In this document: positions 40,774-54,567 of the stretch, one piece after another
Layout: every line of letters starts with the position of its first letter
Numbering within the stretch: position 1 is the stretch's first letter
DNA from: Chrysomallon squamiferum
Lineage: Eukaryota > Animalia > Mollusca
Direction of reading: 5' to 3'
Assembly (NCBI GenBank): GCA_012295275.1
Contig: CM022670.1
Coordinates: 15,934,001-15,998,000 of the forward strand
Length of the DNA stretch: 64,000 bases
Position numbers and translations under genes: made by a program
Notes under the pieces: generated by a model
Seen by the model: the letters and a program-made list of their open reading frames with translations, nothing else
Database searches by the model: none
Told to the model about the DNA's origin: nothing

Positions 40774-43700
40774 ATTTAAACTTTAATTATTATAAATTAC
40801 TTTTTAGAAAATAACAGGTATGATTAAATATTATTTAGTTTTCCCTTTATGGTCACGCCAAGATTTCTGATATCAACAGATATTTAAATAATTATGTATC
40901 ATCTATCAAATTACTCTGTTTAATAAACAAGAGTCTCTTAAAAGGTTTGACTGTAGAGCATTGTCCTTCGTGTCCTGTGGATCGTAAGATCAAATCTCTT
41001 CAGTACAACAACAGGGCTGTTTTACTTTATAGATAATGTCTTATGGCTGTTTTACGATAGGCTATGGTGAATGTTTTTTTTCCAGAATATTTTATATAAA
41101 ATATCTTTTGTCACCAAGTGATAAAACTAGCTGATAGTTGTTGTATCAGGTTTCTTCTCTGGTAATCATCATTATACATATAAAATGAAAATGTAAGTGT
41201 TTATGTTGGTGTCTGAGACTTGGCTGTGTGTGTGTGGAGATATATGCACATATGTTTATGTGTGTTTAATGTGTTTGTATGCATATTCTAGATGAATTTA
41301 GATTACATTCAATATTTGTTAATTCTATTTAAAAAAATGTATCCTTTTTTCTAACCCAAGGTCTGAGCTGTACAATGGAGTTGACACACTGAGAATCAAA
41401 CCAGTACAGACTTTTTGTGTTTCGTAATCTCTGTTTGTATTCACTGCATCTTCTTTATTTCAATATCAACTGGAGTGTCTTGATGGTGTTTTTGTACCTT
41501 TCAGCACAGACTCTCCCAGGTTAACAGTCTGTCAGGTAGCCTGAATGCTCTGCTTTTCAAAGTAAATAGCACAACTGACAGGTAGATGAGTGTGTATTGA
41601 AAATACATATTTCCCTCTGCGTTCATAAACACTGATACTCAGTGTGTGCACCAAACACTGGAGAAAATGGTTGTAATGTACTTGATAAAAAAAGCTCTTG
41701 TGTTTGTTTGTCGTTTTTTGGGGGAGTTAAAATTAACATGAATTTAAAAAATAAAAAGATATAAAATATTTTATGTATTTTAAATTTTATAATTGGAAAG
41801 TTAAATAGAAAAAAAAAAATTTAAATGTTTTTTTTTAAAAATGAGGAATAATAACATATCTGAAATTTCCTTAATGTTTTTTGTGTTAACTAATTTAAAG
41901 TGAAAATTTTCAATACTGAAAACTATATTAGATGTCCCCAAAACAAGAATATCTTGATTTTTACAGTTTTAAATTCAGTGTACAGTGGTGAGAGAGCAGT
42001 GATGTTGAAAATATCTGCTGATCCATGAAATCCTGTTATACACCACAGCTTACACACACAAAACATTTCTTAACAGGCCTGATGTTTCCAGACTGGGGTT
42101 GACAACCCCCCAGAAACCAGCCAGAACATATTAATAGTGGTCATATTTATTTATATTAACTGTCCATGTGGAACAAACCAGTTAGGTGTGACCAAAACAT
42201 GAGTAGGACTTTCTAAACAACTGATTTTAAGAAAAGGATAAGATGTGTGGTATGGCTGTCTGCAGGATGCTTTTCGCTTTCTTTTTTTTTTTTTTTTTTT
42301 TTTAAATTTATTATTATTATTATTATTTTTTTTTTTTTTTTTTTAGTTAAAATTATTAGTTTTGACAAAATGTTTACATTTTTATTATTTATTTATTATT
42401 ATTAATTTTTTTATTTTTTTTTTTATTATTTATTTATTTTAATGCAGATCTTTTGAAGTACAAATGCAATTTATTATACTACTATTAATATTACTGTTGT
42501 TGTTATTGTTATCACCATTGTTGTTGTTGTTATTATTATTATTTTTATTTACTGTTATTATTACTACTGCCACCACTACTGTTATTGTTGTTGTTGTTTT
42601 TATTACTATTATTATTATTACAAAAATTGTTGACTAGATACAACTGATACAATTACTTGTAAAAAAATAAAACATACAGGTATTTAGGCCATTGGTTAAT
42701 AGCATCAGAGAGAAAAGTAGAGCAGATATTTATTCACATTTATAACATGAAAACTACACACAGCTGTAAAACTGTCATCAGTGCACTTTGCAAGAACAAG
42801 TTAGGTTTTTTTCACAGCTTCGTAGATCCTTTAGAATCCTTTGAACTTGTACAAAAAAGGGTCAGCTGATCTGTGTTAGACAGAGATTTATGGAGAATCA
42901 TTCGACAAGAGATAGGTTTTAGGAATATTGTTTCTCAAACTGGTCATATTTTCATTTCTCTTTGTTTATGATCTGAAATATAATGTTTCTTATGCACTCA
43001 TTCAGACCAGGTTGGGAAAATTAAAACCCTTGATTATCATAATTTATTTTCATGTAGGTAATTCAATAGCTACAGAATATTATATATTTTTGTTCTTTTT
43101 TTTTTTCTGTTGTATGTCTCTTTGATGAGGGTAGACAAAGTAAAAAATTTAACAGTTTTGAAGTAAAATGAACATGTCATCCATTTTTAAAATATGTTTT
43201 ATCATATTCTTCTTTTTTTTTTTTTTAATGTTTAAAATTTTTTTCTTTGTTATTCACATCAGAATTGATGTAAATCATTTTTCTTTTCAATCGTTTGAAA
43301 ATTGAATTCCATGTATTTTGCATAAATTTTATAAGAAAGAAACTAAAAAGCAAAATTGGATAAATAAATATGTTTATTATTAAAAAAATTTTACCTGTTT
43401 TTTTTTTTAATCTATTTATTTTGTATTTATTTTTTATAAATTGTTATTACTTTTGACTTTGTTACTGTCATTTTATTATTATTTTTTTACTGTTCTTACT
43501 TCCTTTTTTCTTATGTTTGTCATTATTTTATGTCATTTAAAGATTACTTGAACACAGTTATCTCTATCAATACTTTCCTCAAATTACTTTTAATTAAAAA
43601 AAACAAAAAATCTAAACAAATAACAATAACAATAATAATAATAATGATAACAATAATAATAATAATAATAACTTTAATAACAATAATAACAACAACAATA

Positions 43701-45092
43701 ATAACCTCTTAATGCTAATGAACTAATAACACAAAATGGTGGTCTGATCTGGATAACCTTGGTTACGTGTATCTTAGAGGTCAATCAAAAGTCAATGGTC
43801 TATCTTAATTATGAATAGTGATGATAATCAACCCAGCCGTTGGAGATATGGACAGAAATACAGAAATAAGAGGAAGCATTTTAATTATGTGGAAGCAGCT
43901 TGTGCAGGTTAATCAAGCAGTGATATGTGGTATAAACCAGCAGTGACCAGAGTTTGATCAGTTTGTAGACGTCACACAAACAAACTCGGTTTAAATCTAC
44001 GATATGAAACACACTGTACATGAAATGATAAGAAAAATTAAAATGTCAAGAATAATGCAGCATAAAACATCTGAATGATATATAAGCAAATCATTAGTAA
44101 TGATCTAAAAACATATACATTTGAGAAAGAAACAAAGTATTGTCCAGTAGTACCAAGCATATAGATCTATAGACAGTTTTAATGAATTTTTTTTAAAATA
44201 TACAGACATACAGATCTCTAGACGTTTTTGATAAAATTTAAAAAACCCCAGTATAGACACTATTTCATAAGACATCAACCCAGTGTTTACTTGCTTAACT
44301 TCACTTTTCAGTTGTATTTGTCATTTGGTTTAGTGAGTCGTCTTTGTGTGAACACTGCTTTAGTCAGTATCTAAGCATTAATTTATTTTGAACTTAAATT
44401 ACTGTAAGATTGTGTCATTTAGTTAAATGAAATAAACAATTTTAGCTCCCTAACTCACACGTTCTGTCACATTTAATTTAAACTCTGACCCAAAAGTATT
44501 TCATATTATTTTAATAGGATCACAAGACATTTTTATATGCATTTCAAATTTTATGAGATATTTTTATGAGACATTTTATCCATATACAATTAGAGATTAC
44601 GGAAATAATACCAGTAACTTTTAATAATAATTTTAAAATATTCATGGCTTCAGCCAGACAACAGAGGTTTACCTGTTAATTTTTTTAAGCCATTAATTTA
44701 TAATCTTCTTTTTATAAATTCTTTTTTACAACTGGTGGGAAAAAAACAAATTTCATCATTACTATAATCTGCTAGTTAATAATGTTTCACGGTCTGTCTG
44801 TCTTAGCAAATGACACATGTAGAAGCTCAGTCACGCCTGATAAACTGCATATAAAGATGCTCACTCATTCTCTGCATGCCACGTGCAGATGAAATTATCT
44901 AGCTGGGTGATGCACGATCCATCTGAAGAAAAACCGTTTTTTACTCAGTCTGAACACTTCATGATACGTGTTGAAATTAACTCAACAGACTGAGGGTATA
45001 ACTGTCGTTCATTCATTCATTCATTCATTCCTACACTCATATATGCCCACACACACATTATTAATATATGTACATGTGTGCATTATGCATAA

Positions 45093-45094
<2 letters not shown>

Positions 45095-45143
<49 letters not shown>
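45095..45143. repeat. (CA)n microsatellite
   Basis: Visible directly. Confidence 0.97.
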
Positions 45144-45147
<4 letters not shown>

Positions 45148-45604
45148 ACATATATATATATGCATATATATCTACTGACTCATACATAGATATCTAAGTA
45201 CATATATACTCATGTACCCAGAAATACACACGCAGACACATACCATGTAAATTGTTAAAGGCCTCAGACACCTTTTTGGATGTTTTCATTTGCACTTTAA
45301 AAACATATATACATATTCTGAATAAATATTATCTTTACTGGAGGTATAAATAACAAACATAAAAATGATGTAACGTTTTATTTTTTTTATTTTATACAGA
45401 ATAGCGAAATTTGGCTCTTACAAATGCAAATAAGCGGGGGAAAAAAAATTATCTAAAATCTGGCTATTAATTTTTTTTTTTTTAAATGTTATCTCTTTTT
45501 CATCTTTAATAAAAATATTTTTTGTGTGTGTGGTGAAGTATTTTCTTTTTTCTTAAGGTTTTTATTTTTTAAACAAGTTCATTTTACATCTTTTTTTTTT
45601 CTTC

Positions 45605-45650
<46 letters not shown>

Positions 45651-45899
45651 GTATCAGATCCAAGAAATCGTCAAGAGAAAAACAAAATAAAGTAGGGAGG
45701 GGGCTCAAAAAATCCTTCATTGAGAATCATTTGTGTGGAGTCTGATGACAGCGAGGGGACGTTTGAAGAGATAATTAAAAGTTTAAATGAGGAAATAAAG
45801 CAGCTCTCTGAAACATCAGTTCTGTGTGAAATGAAGCGCGACTGAAACATGTCGTAGAGGAATGAGTAACAACGCTTTCACACAGCAGTTGTTTTTTTT

Positions 45900-45934
<35 letters not shown>

Positions 45935-46199
45935 CATCAGACTGAGTATGCAGAACTTAACAAATGCGTTTTCCACTCACCTTCAAAAGACGAAGGTAAT
46001 GATGTAGAAATGTGGCAGGTTTTTCTCGAGTAACGTGGTAAAGATGGACGATATACAGTCAGTTTTTTTTTACAGTTTTTTTGTTTGTTTTTTTTGTTGA
46101 AGGAAACAGTGGACTTGATGTTGAGCTGGAGATACATTACAGATATCACACTGACTTCAATATTACCTCTTCACTCTGTTTACTGATGGTTTTAATTTT

Positions 46200-46480
46200 T
46201 TCTGTACATATAGTCACTTTGTCTGTTCTTACAGTGACTATATACATATACTCACTTTCTCTGTACTTACTTACAAATAGTTATGTACAAATAACACATA
46301 CAGCAACTATACATTCCGTCCCTTTTCGCTTTACATACAGTCACTTCCACTATACTTATGGTGACTATAAGTACAGTCACTTCTCCTGTACATATAAGGA
46401 TGGTGCATGTTAAACTTTCCCTGTTTATATATTGACTTTGCATAGTCACTTCCTTTGTATATATAGTGGCATACATAGCT
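46200..46480. repeat. Degenerate short-unit repeat (tacatayagtcactt...ctgt) present in both orientations
   Basis: agtcactt/actcactt recurs at ~46212, 46250, 46339, 46375 and 46445. The inverted form gtgactata is at ~46234 and ~46362. Confidence 0.65.
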
Positions 46481-48560
46481 GTTTATTCTGTATCTCATTT
46501 TCATTGTTTCTATCATAAATTTATAATATATATTCATTAGTTTATAATTTTTTAAAACATTACTTAAAAATATATAATTGTTATACACTCATTAAAAGGT
46601 AAAAATTGTTGTTACTAATAACATAACAAATGTTTAAAACATCTCTTGGAATTTCATTAAAACAGTTTTCACCAAAACATTGCTTTAGAAAAAGTTTGTG
46701 GGGACTTAGCTTGAAAATGTTATTTGCACCTGTCAGGACATAATTTAGTATTTATTTTTATTACGTCCATGAAGTCTTTGTAAACATTTTGTTTTGGGCA
46801 AATAACTGGGTAAAGATGTTTTAATCATAAATTTACAATTCATTTTTTTATTTTTTTTATTTTTTATTTTTTTTGAAGAAGAAAAGTTTAGATTTATGTC
46901 TTGGCAAATGAGCCATTTTATTGTTTGTTCTCCTAATAATATTTTTTTAATGGAGTTGTTTGTTAGTTTTGTAATACCTGACAGGAAAATATAAAAAAAA
47001 AAACATAATTATGAAAAAATGCTTTGTATATATGTTGTATTTTGTTCAGATGAATTAAATTAATTTTGTTTATTTATGAATTAATTTTTTTTAAACCAGA
47101 TATGTATATTTTATTTTCAATAAATTATTTTAACATGAAGTAACAATTACATATAATGAAATGGGGGGAAAATATAATAAAACAAACAAAAAAAGTTCAA
47201 AAACTCCTAAGACTTTTTCAAATGGAAAAGATTAAAAAGTATAAAATGGATGATTTTTTAATATTTGTCACTTTATTTATTTATTGTATTTTATTTTCAA
47301 TTTGAAATGTATGACTTTGTTTATTTCACAATAATTTACAGAAATTTAATAATGTTTAAAAAATTATTATATTTCATAAAATTATAATTAATTGTTTCCA
47401 TAAATTTTTAGTGTTTCTTTTATTATTATTTTACTACATAGTTGTTCAGAATGGAAAATGAAATCTGTTGTTGTTTTTTCTTGTTTTGTGTTTTTTTGTT
47501 TTTTTAAATAGACACAAAAACAAATATGCATTCAAATATTTTAAGTGAAAAAAAAAACTTATAACAGTGGATTAATTATACATGGCAGTAATCTGCAAAA
47601 AATCTGATTTTGTGTTAATATTTAATAAAGAGAAGAGAAGAGACAAACTGAAGTCACAGAACACCTCCTGTTTTTCATTACATTTACAACTATACCCTAA
47701 ATTACCAAGGGAAAAAACTTCTGATTAGGCAATTTTGTGGCCGTATTAGCGAAGTGGAATTTTCACAGACTGCTTAATGTCTTCTGATGACTCTGTGCAG
47801 CTGTTGTTACTAGCAGGGTCTGGGAATTAAATGATTTCCCCTGTTGTCTCAGTAAATACCTCTCCAGTCTGAATGTGTGTGTGTAGCTTTAATAAAACCA
47901 GCTCCGTATGTTCAGTCTAAACTACATTTCCACAGAAATATTTTACTAATTCTATCCCTTTTCTAAATTTATCTGCAAATAACCATTTCTGTTAGTTTGT
48001 TTTTTTTTGTTGTGTTTTGTTTTTATATACTTTTTTTTCTTTTTTTTTCAAAAAGGAAATTAAAATGAGTCTAAGTTTAAAGTTTTCAATTTAATCAGCT
48101 GCTGATGTGTTTAACAGTGATTCCTGTAGCTGACTGATTTTCAATGTCTTTATAAATAAACTGATGTAATGAAATGTTGTTTTTAAAATGATTTTTAAAT
48201 TAATGTTGCCATATACCTGTAGTTACAAGAATCTGTTATATACATATTAAAAAACAAATTCATTTCTGTTGTTGCACATTTGGAAAAATACCATTTGTTG
48301 TAAAGTTAGAATCTATATATTAAAAAATAATAATAATAATAATAAAAATGAAAAAAGACTACATTATTTCATATTAAAAAGTTTTGAATTTATTATTATA
48401 TAATTAATTTGAAATGTGTTATTATATTTCTTAAACATTAGAATTTATTATAACATTAAAAAAATCAGAATTTATTATTACATATATCAAATTAATGTTT
48501 GTATGTGTGGGAACTTAATAAACAATTGTTTATATTGTTTTTTTTTCTTTTTATTTTCAG

Positions 48561-48618
48561 TTTTCACTCAGGTGAATCCAAAAGACAACTTTCCTGACTT
48601 CAATGATGATGAAGACAA
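48561..48618 (+). CDS. Candidate 58-nt internal coding exon, (V)FTQVNPKDNFPDFNDDED(K/N), phase 1 to phase 2
   Basis: Long pyrimidine tract ending ttattttcag (AG 48559-60) and consensus donor AA|GTAAGT (48619). Only one frame is open. It is an isolated high-complexity island in very AT-rich flanks. An in-frame alternative acceptor exists at ctcag|48572. Confidence 0.65.
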
Positions 48619-49938
48619 GTAAGTTTTTAATTTTTTAATCTTATTTTACTTTGTTTTAGTTCATTTCATTTATTTGTTTTATTTGTTTGTTTGTTTGTTT
48701 TGTTTAATTTTATCATCATTAATATGTTTGTTATTTTATTTATTTATTTATATAACCATGTTTACACGCACTCACACACACATAATATGCCCACACACAT
48801 ATAATTTTACCATATGAACTAAGATAATTTTCTTACAGTTCTCAACAAACTCACATATATTTACACACAGTTACATAATTCGACAGACTCTCGGCATTAC
48901 ATCATCTGCATCTTGCCTCCCTAATATCATTTCAAGTCATTTACCAATTTATGTCTTCATGCGTGGCCTTCTTTAATGCATTTGCCAGCTGATTTTACAA
49001 TTGCTTTCAGTTGTACTGATGTAGACAATGTCTGCTATTTAAATAAGACTTTTGCTCTTTAAACGAGATGTCTGCCGAGTTTAAATAAGTCAATGTCTGA
49101 GAAAATGGAGGCAGTTTTTTCGTAGTATTTTACTGCTGCTTCTGATAACTGTGACATGAATAAAGAGGAAAATACTGAAACACAGTTGTCTCGATGTTTA
49201 AGTACTGACATATGAACTTCATTATCTGTGGTGGGCAAAATTCTTCTTTCTAATGATGTATGAATGTTAGGACAGAATTATGATATTTTTGTAATTGCTT
49301 TTTTGTGTATATTTGTTTTTTTTAATTGAATGTGTATGTGTATGTATGTTAGTCTGCAAGAAAACATTTTGTCAAAGTAAATTATCTTCCTTTTTTTTTT
49401 CTTCTAATCTTTTTTTTTTTTTTTTTTTCTATTTTTCTCTCTCTTTTTTCGAAAATCTAAGAAAGATTTAAAATATATAATTTTTTTTCAGATTTTTCTT
49501 TTATTTTAAAAGGGGTCATTTTCCTATATTATCAGAACTTTATTTTCAAAGAACTGACAAAAAGTATTAATGTGAAAATATGCATAATTATTTCAATGAA
49601 CTACAGATTAATAAATGTGAAATTTTATAGTTCACTATGTAATTTGAGAGTTGCAAAATATCTACACTAACCTAAGTTTCAAGAACTACAACTCTTTCAA
49701 TCTTACACATCAACTAATACTAGGAACTCTTGCCAAGTTCTGATTAAGCCAAGCAAAAAATAAAATTGTTTCAGTAAAAACCATGAGTCAGTTTAAGCAA
49801 TCATTCTGAATGAATAATTTATATGTTTTAATAATAAATGAAACTAAAAAGATTATTCAAAGACATGAAAGCAAAAATTATTATTTTTATTGTTATTATT
49901 AATATTAGTTATTTATTTATTTATTTATTTATTTATTA

Positions 49939-49978
<40 letters not shown>

Positions 49979-50506
49979 ATGTGTATTGCTATAGTGAAAA
50001 AAATAATACTGATTGTTAAAAATAACAGCTGTATCTAAATGTTACATTTTATCTTTTAATTTTCATTCAATTTTCTTTATTTATTTGTTATCATTATATT
50101 TTTTTTATTTTTTTATTTAGAAAAACAGAAGCTAAAATAATAATAACAATAATAATAACAATAATAATAATAACAGTAATAATAAAAATAGGAATGAAAA
50201 AAAATGGAAGATTTTTTTTTTTAAATCTCATATACTAGTTAGCAGATCAGAATAAAAGTGAATGTGAAGGTTAAAAAGGAAATGACTGAAAAAAAAAAAA
50301 AAACAGCATTCATCTACCAAGTGAGCTGAAAGAGGTTGTGAAGTAGTGAAAGGAAAATGTCTACACAGACTGTTTCTTTAGTTTCCTTATTAAAACGTAT
50401 TGCAGATAGAGAATTGGATTAGAGATAAGAGACAGTTTAGTGTATTATCTCGCTACACGTTACTTATGTTGGTTTTTTATTTACATTAAATTTATTATAA
50501 TTATTA

Positions 50507-50550
<44 letters not shown>

Positions 50551-51188
50551 TAATTCTTTTAGTAGAATAATAATAATGATAAGCTGCTTTCTTTACATTT
50601 TGTTAAAGTTGTATTACAATGGTTGGTTTTTTTTGTCAATTTTTCTCTTTTTTTTTGTATTTTTTTTTTTACCTTGTTTTGTTCTTAACATCTGTGTTTT
50701 CTTAATGTTATTTTGTGTGTGTGTCTGTCAGAGAGAGACAGAGAGAACAATGGAATGTTATGGAAAGAAAAAGAAGAAAGGGACAGAGTGAAAAAAGTAA
50801 AGTCAAAGAGAAAACAACAGACTTCAAGAGATCGGATTTGCCCATGTTGTGTATGCACGTAATTTTGTACTGGTTATTACAAATATAATAAACATGAAAA
50901 AGTAGAAGATTAACTGATATTTCCTTAATATCTTTATTAATCATCTCTTGGAATATTATTATTAAAAAAAAAAAAAATAAAAAAAATAAAAACATTAGAT
51001 AATATTTCACATATTGTATTATTAATAAATTTTAACTTTTAGTTTTTGACATTCTCACCTGACTGCTAGGCAGATTCTTGTCTGTTTTATAAAAACAAAA
51101 TCTTTTTGTTTAAGAAATAAGCCTGACATTTGAAAATAAAACGTCTGCTAGGCAACAAATGGATGCCATTGTGAACTGAAATACTAAA

Positions 51189-51320
51189 TGTAGCCAGCTT
51201 TATTGTTTTATTTTTCTTCTTTCTCTTCTTTTCCACTACAGCAAATAACCTTCAGTTTCTGAAACTACACACATCACAATGTTTTCACTCTTCTTGTAGC
51301 AGTTCTAAATAAAGCAGTTT
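51189..51320. repeat. Copy 1 of a ~130-bp local direct duplication
   Basis: ccagctttattgttttatttttcttcttt...ttttccactacagcaaataacctt.agtttctgaaactacacacatc...tcttcttgt.gcagt.ctaaataaag matches 52400-52528. Confidence 0.93.
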
Positions 51321-52369
51321 ATTGTCAGAGACAAAAGACTTCTGATAGAAAATTATTTTTGCTTTGAAAACAGTAGTTGAGACATAACCTAGTAATTTAT
51401 TTTTAATCTTTATTTTATTATTGTTATTATTATTATTATTATATGTTTTTATATTTTGTGAAAGCGGCTACATTTCAGTTGCATAATGCAGATCTCATTA
51501 TCAAATATAAATTACTTTCTTTCTTTTTTTTTTTTTTTTTTTTTTGGTCTATTTATTTCTGTATTTATTATTTTTTAAATTAAATATTTATATTATTCAA
51601 ATCCATTGAAACAAGTTCTAAATAAAATATGTGTAAAATATATACTGAATTAATGTTGTGACAGTTTTTTCTGCATAAAAATATCCTTTAAAACATAAAA
51701 AAAAAATAATAAAAATTACACAAATTAATAAATTCAAATTTTAATAATATTTAATAATTACAAATAAATACGTAAAAATGAAATTATATTTTTACAACTA
51801 TCAGGTTACTGAATTTTCAGTTTCTTGTTTTGAATAAAGATAATTTTTTCTGTATAATTAAAATGTCAGAATGTATTAACAAATAACAATAAATATTATT
51901 TTTCTTTATTTGATGTAGAATGAGATCAGTTTAAATTGCATTTACCAAGATAATGAAATAATTTCAGTAATGTTATCAAGAATACTTTTATCTATTAGAT
52001 AATTTAATAGGCTGTATTATTAAATTTATATCACAGATAGTAAAACACACATACTCATGCAATTTTTTTTTCCATTTTTTTTTTATTTTTAATGTCCCTA
52101 AATAAATTAAGATTAGAAAAAGAAATTTGTTTTGCAACAGTTGGTTTGTTTTATTAGAATAAAATAAAACATTTCTTTTTAAAACAACAATTTAGTTGTT
52201 TTTTGTTGTTGTTTTTTTTTTTTCTTTTTTTCCACATAGTTTAAGAGCAGGTTAGAAAGTGGTGTGTTTTAGATTATAAAGTCTGATGGTACAACCAGTT
52301 ATCTCTTTCTCATTTGTCTGAATGACTTTTCAGAACATTCAGTTGAAAAAGTAGATATATATATATATA

Positions 52370-52399
<30 letters not shown>

Positions 52400-52400
<1 letters not shown>

Positions 52401-52528
52401 GTAACCAGCTTTATTGTTTTATTTTTCTTCTTTGTTGTTTTCCACTACAGCAAATAACCTTTAGTTTCTGAAACTACACACATCTGAATGTTTTCAATCT
52501 TCTTGTGCAGTGCTAAATAAAGGAGTTT
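52400..52528. repeat. Copy 2 of the ~130-bp local direct duplication, directly after a (TA)n tract
   Basis: High similarity to 51189-51320. Confidence 0.93.
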
Positions 52529-52973
52529 TCAAAATAAAAAAAAGATTCAGTTTATAATTGTGAATTTTTACAGATTATATATATTTATATCTATACATAA
52601 CTATATACAAATATATACATATGTATTGTTATATCTAATATATATATATATATATATTAGTCCATTCTTTCCATTTTTTTCTTTTTTTTTACTTCTCTTT
52701 CTCTGTTTTGTTAAATGAATTTCTATAAATGTTTAGTCTGAATATAATCTGTTTCATTGTCATATTAAAATACGCATTTGTTTTCTTTTATAAATTTTTT
52801 TTTTTTTCAATTTAAATAACATTTAACTTTTTCTTATACTTCTGATAATTTCATTAAGGTTTTTAAAAAATCCTCATTCATTTTTTTTTTCACTTTTATT
52901 TTATTTTATTAAGTTAATTTAATTTAATTATTTTATTGCTGTTTTATTATTTCTAGTAAATTTAGCTAATGTT

Positions 52974-53009
<36 letters not shown>

Positions 53010-53421
53010 AAAAATAAAATTGTCACGAACACAACAATTTATATTTCTGTTTCTTTTAAATATTTAACGTGGTGAGAACAAATACTTAAAATGTAAAAAA
53101 CGTCAAATTGTTATTCTTTTTTTATTCTTTTTTATTTTGCTTTCATCAATAAAACATCTCACTCATCTTGATAGATCCTTCTACGGAACAAAAGTGATAA
53201 AATAAACATGAATAAAAAAACAACCAACATTGTACTGTAAACAACAATGCCAGACCATCCCTGCGAGATAGCTTCCCGTTTTTACATTTAGTATCGAGTT
53301 AAAAACAAACACCTATTAAGTGAATTACTGTTATGGGTTAATGTAATGAGCTGTCTGTGGTGGCTGTTACTCAGGCCAAAATGAAAACCTGGCTCTCTCT
53401 CTCTCTCTCTCCCTCTCGCAG

Positions 53422-53448
53422 GTTATAGCCAGGATCAAAGACGAGCCA
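53422..53448 (+). CDS. Candidate 27-nt symmetric micro-exon (VIARIKDEP in phase 0)
   Basis: (CT)n tract ending ccctctcgcag, then GTTATAGCCAGGATCAAAGACGAGCCA, then a weak-to-moderate donor gtgagc. Confidence 0.22.
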
Positions 53449-53934
53449 GTGAGCAGTTTCAATATTTATTTATCTGCGGTGGAGATAAAAATCACTTTAT
53501 TAGGATTTCATTGCCTCTGTCATGTCATCCTGTCTTTTTTCATTTGTTTCTTTTATCTTGGCGTCCTAATATCATTACTCAATTAATTTTAACAGTTCTC
53601 TCGGTTGCGTCTGGATAAATACTTGTAAATATATACGTAGAGAAAGCCACACACACATACATACCAGCATGCATACACAAACAGACATACATACACACAC
53701 ATATACACACAAACACAGTTAGATACTAATATATAAATATTGACACATAAAATACACATTCATACATACATATACATGCATGTAAATATGTTCATATTTC
53801 TCTTTCAAACATACAATTTTAGTCATCAATTATTTTATCAATTTTAATTCAGTTTATAAAAACATTTATTTCCTAACAGCATAATTAGTTTTCAACAAAA
53901 CATTTCACATTAATTTATCTATTATTTTTATTAT

Positions 53935-54180
53935 AACTGTTCTTTTCACCACCACCTTTCTTATCTGTTAACACATCACAGCCTTATTATCTGTTATTTT
54001 TATTAAAACTGTTCTTTTCACCACCACCTTTTTTATCTGTTAACACATCACAGCCTTATTATCTGTTATTTTTATTATATCTGTTCTTTTCACCACCACC
54101 TTTCTTATCCGTTAACACATCACAGCCTTATTATCTGTTATTTTTATTAAAACTGTTCTTTTCACCACCACCTTTCTTAC
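53935..54180. repeat. 72-bp minisatellite, ~3.4 units
   Basis: ctgttcttttcaccaccacc recurs at 53937, 54009, 54081 and 54153. Confidence 0.96.
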
Positions 54181-54567
54181 CAGAGAAGTTATCTGTCCTG
54201 AAAGAACCCATCTGTTTGTGAAAAAGAAACAAACAAAAAAATAAAAGCTTCTCTTTAATGAACCATATAACTCTTTCATGAGACCATTAATATGGCAGGA
54301 GAATCCTTTTCTTTGATAAGAAAAACTCTTCAAAAGAAATACAGTTTACCTACAAAGTTGCATGCAGCTTTTTAACTGTAGCTATAATCTGTATCTGGAC
54401 TGGTTAATCTGCAGTCTGAGTTACCAATAAAAATGAGAAATAGCTGGGCAGTTTTGTGTAAGTAAAGAAGATGTCATGCATCTGTCAGATCCCTGCTAGA
54501 AAAAACTATTCCTTTTTAATAGCAAATTAGCAGTAATTATATTAGTTGAGAATGTTTTTTTTCCCCA

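Noticed and set aside
48561-48618. Assigning a gene symbol to the exon peptide
   Set aside because: 19 residues match no protein I can recall with confidence. A homology search is required.
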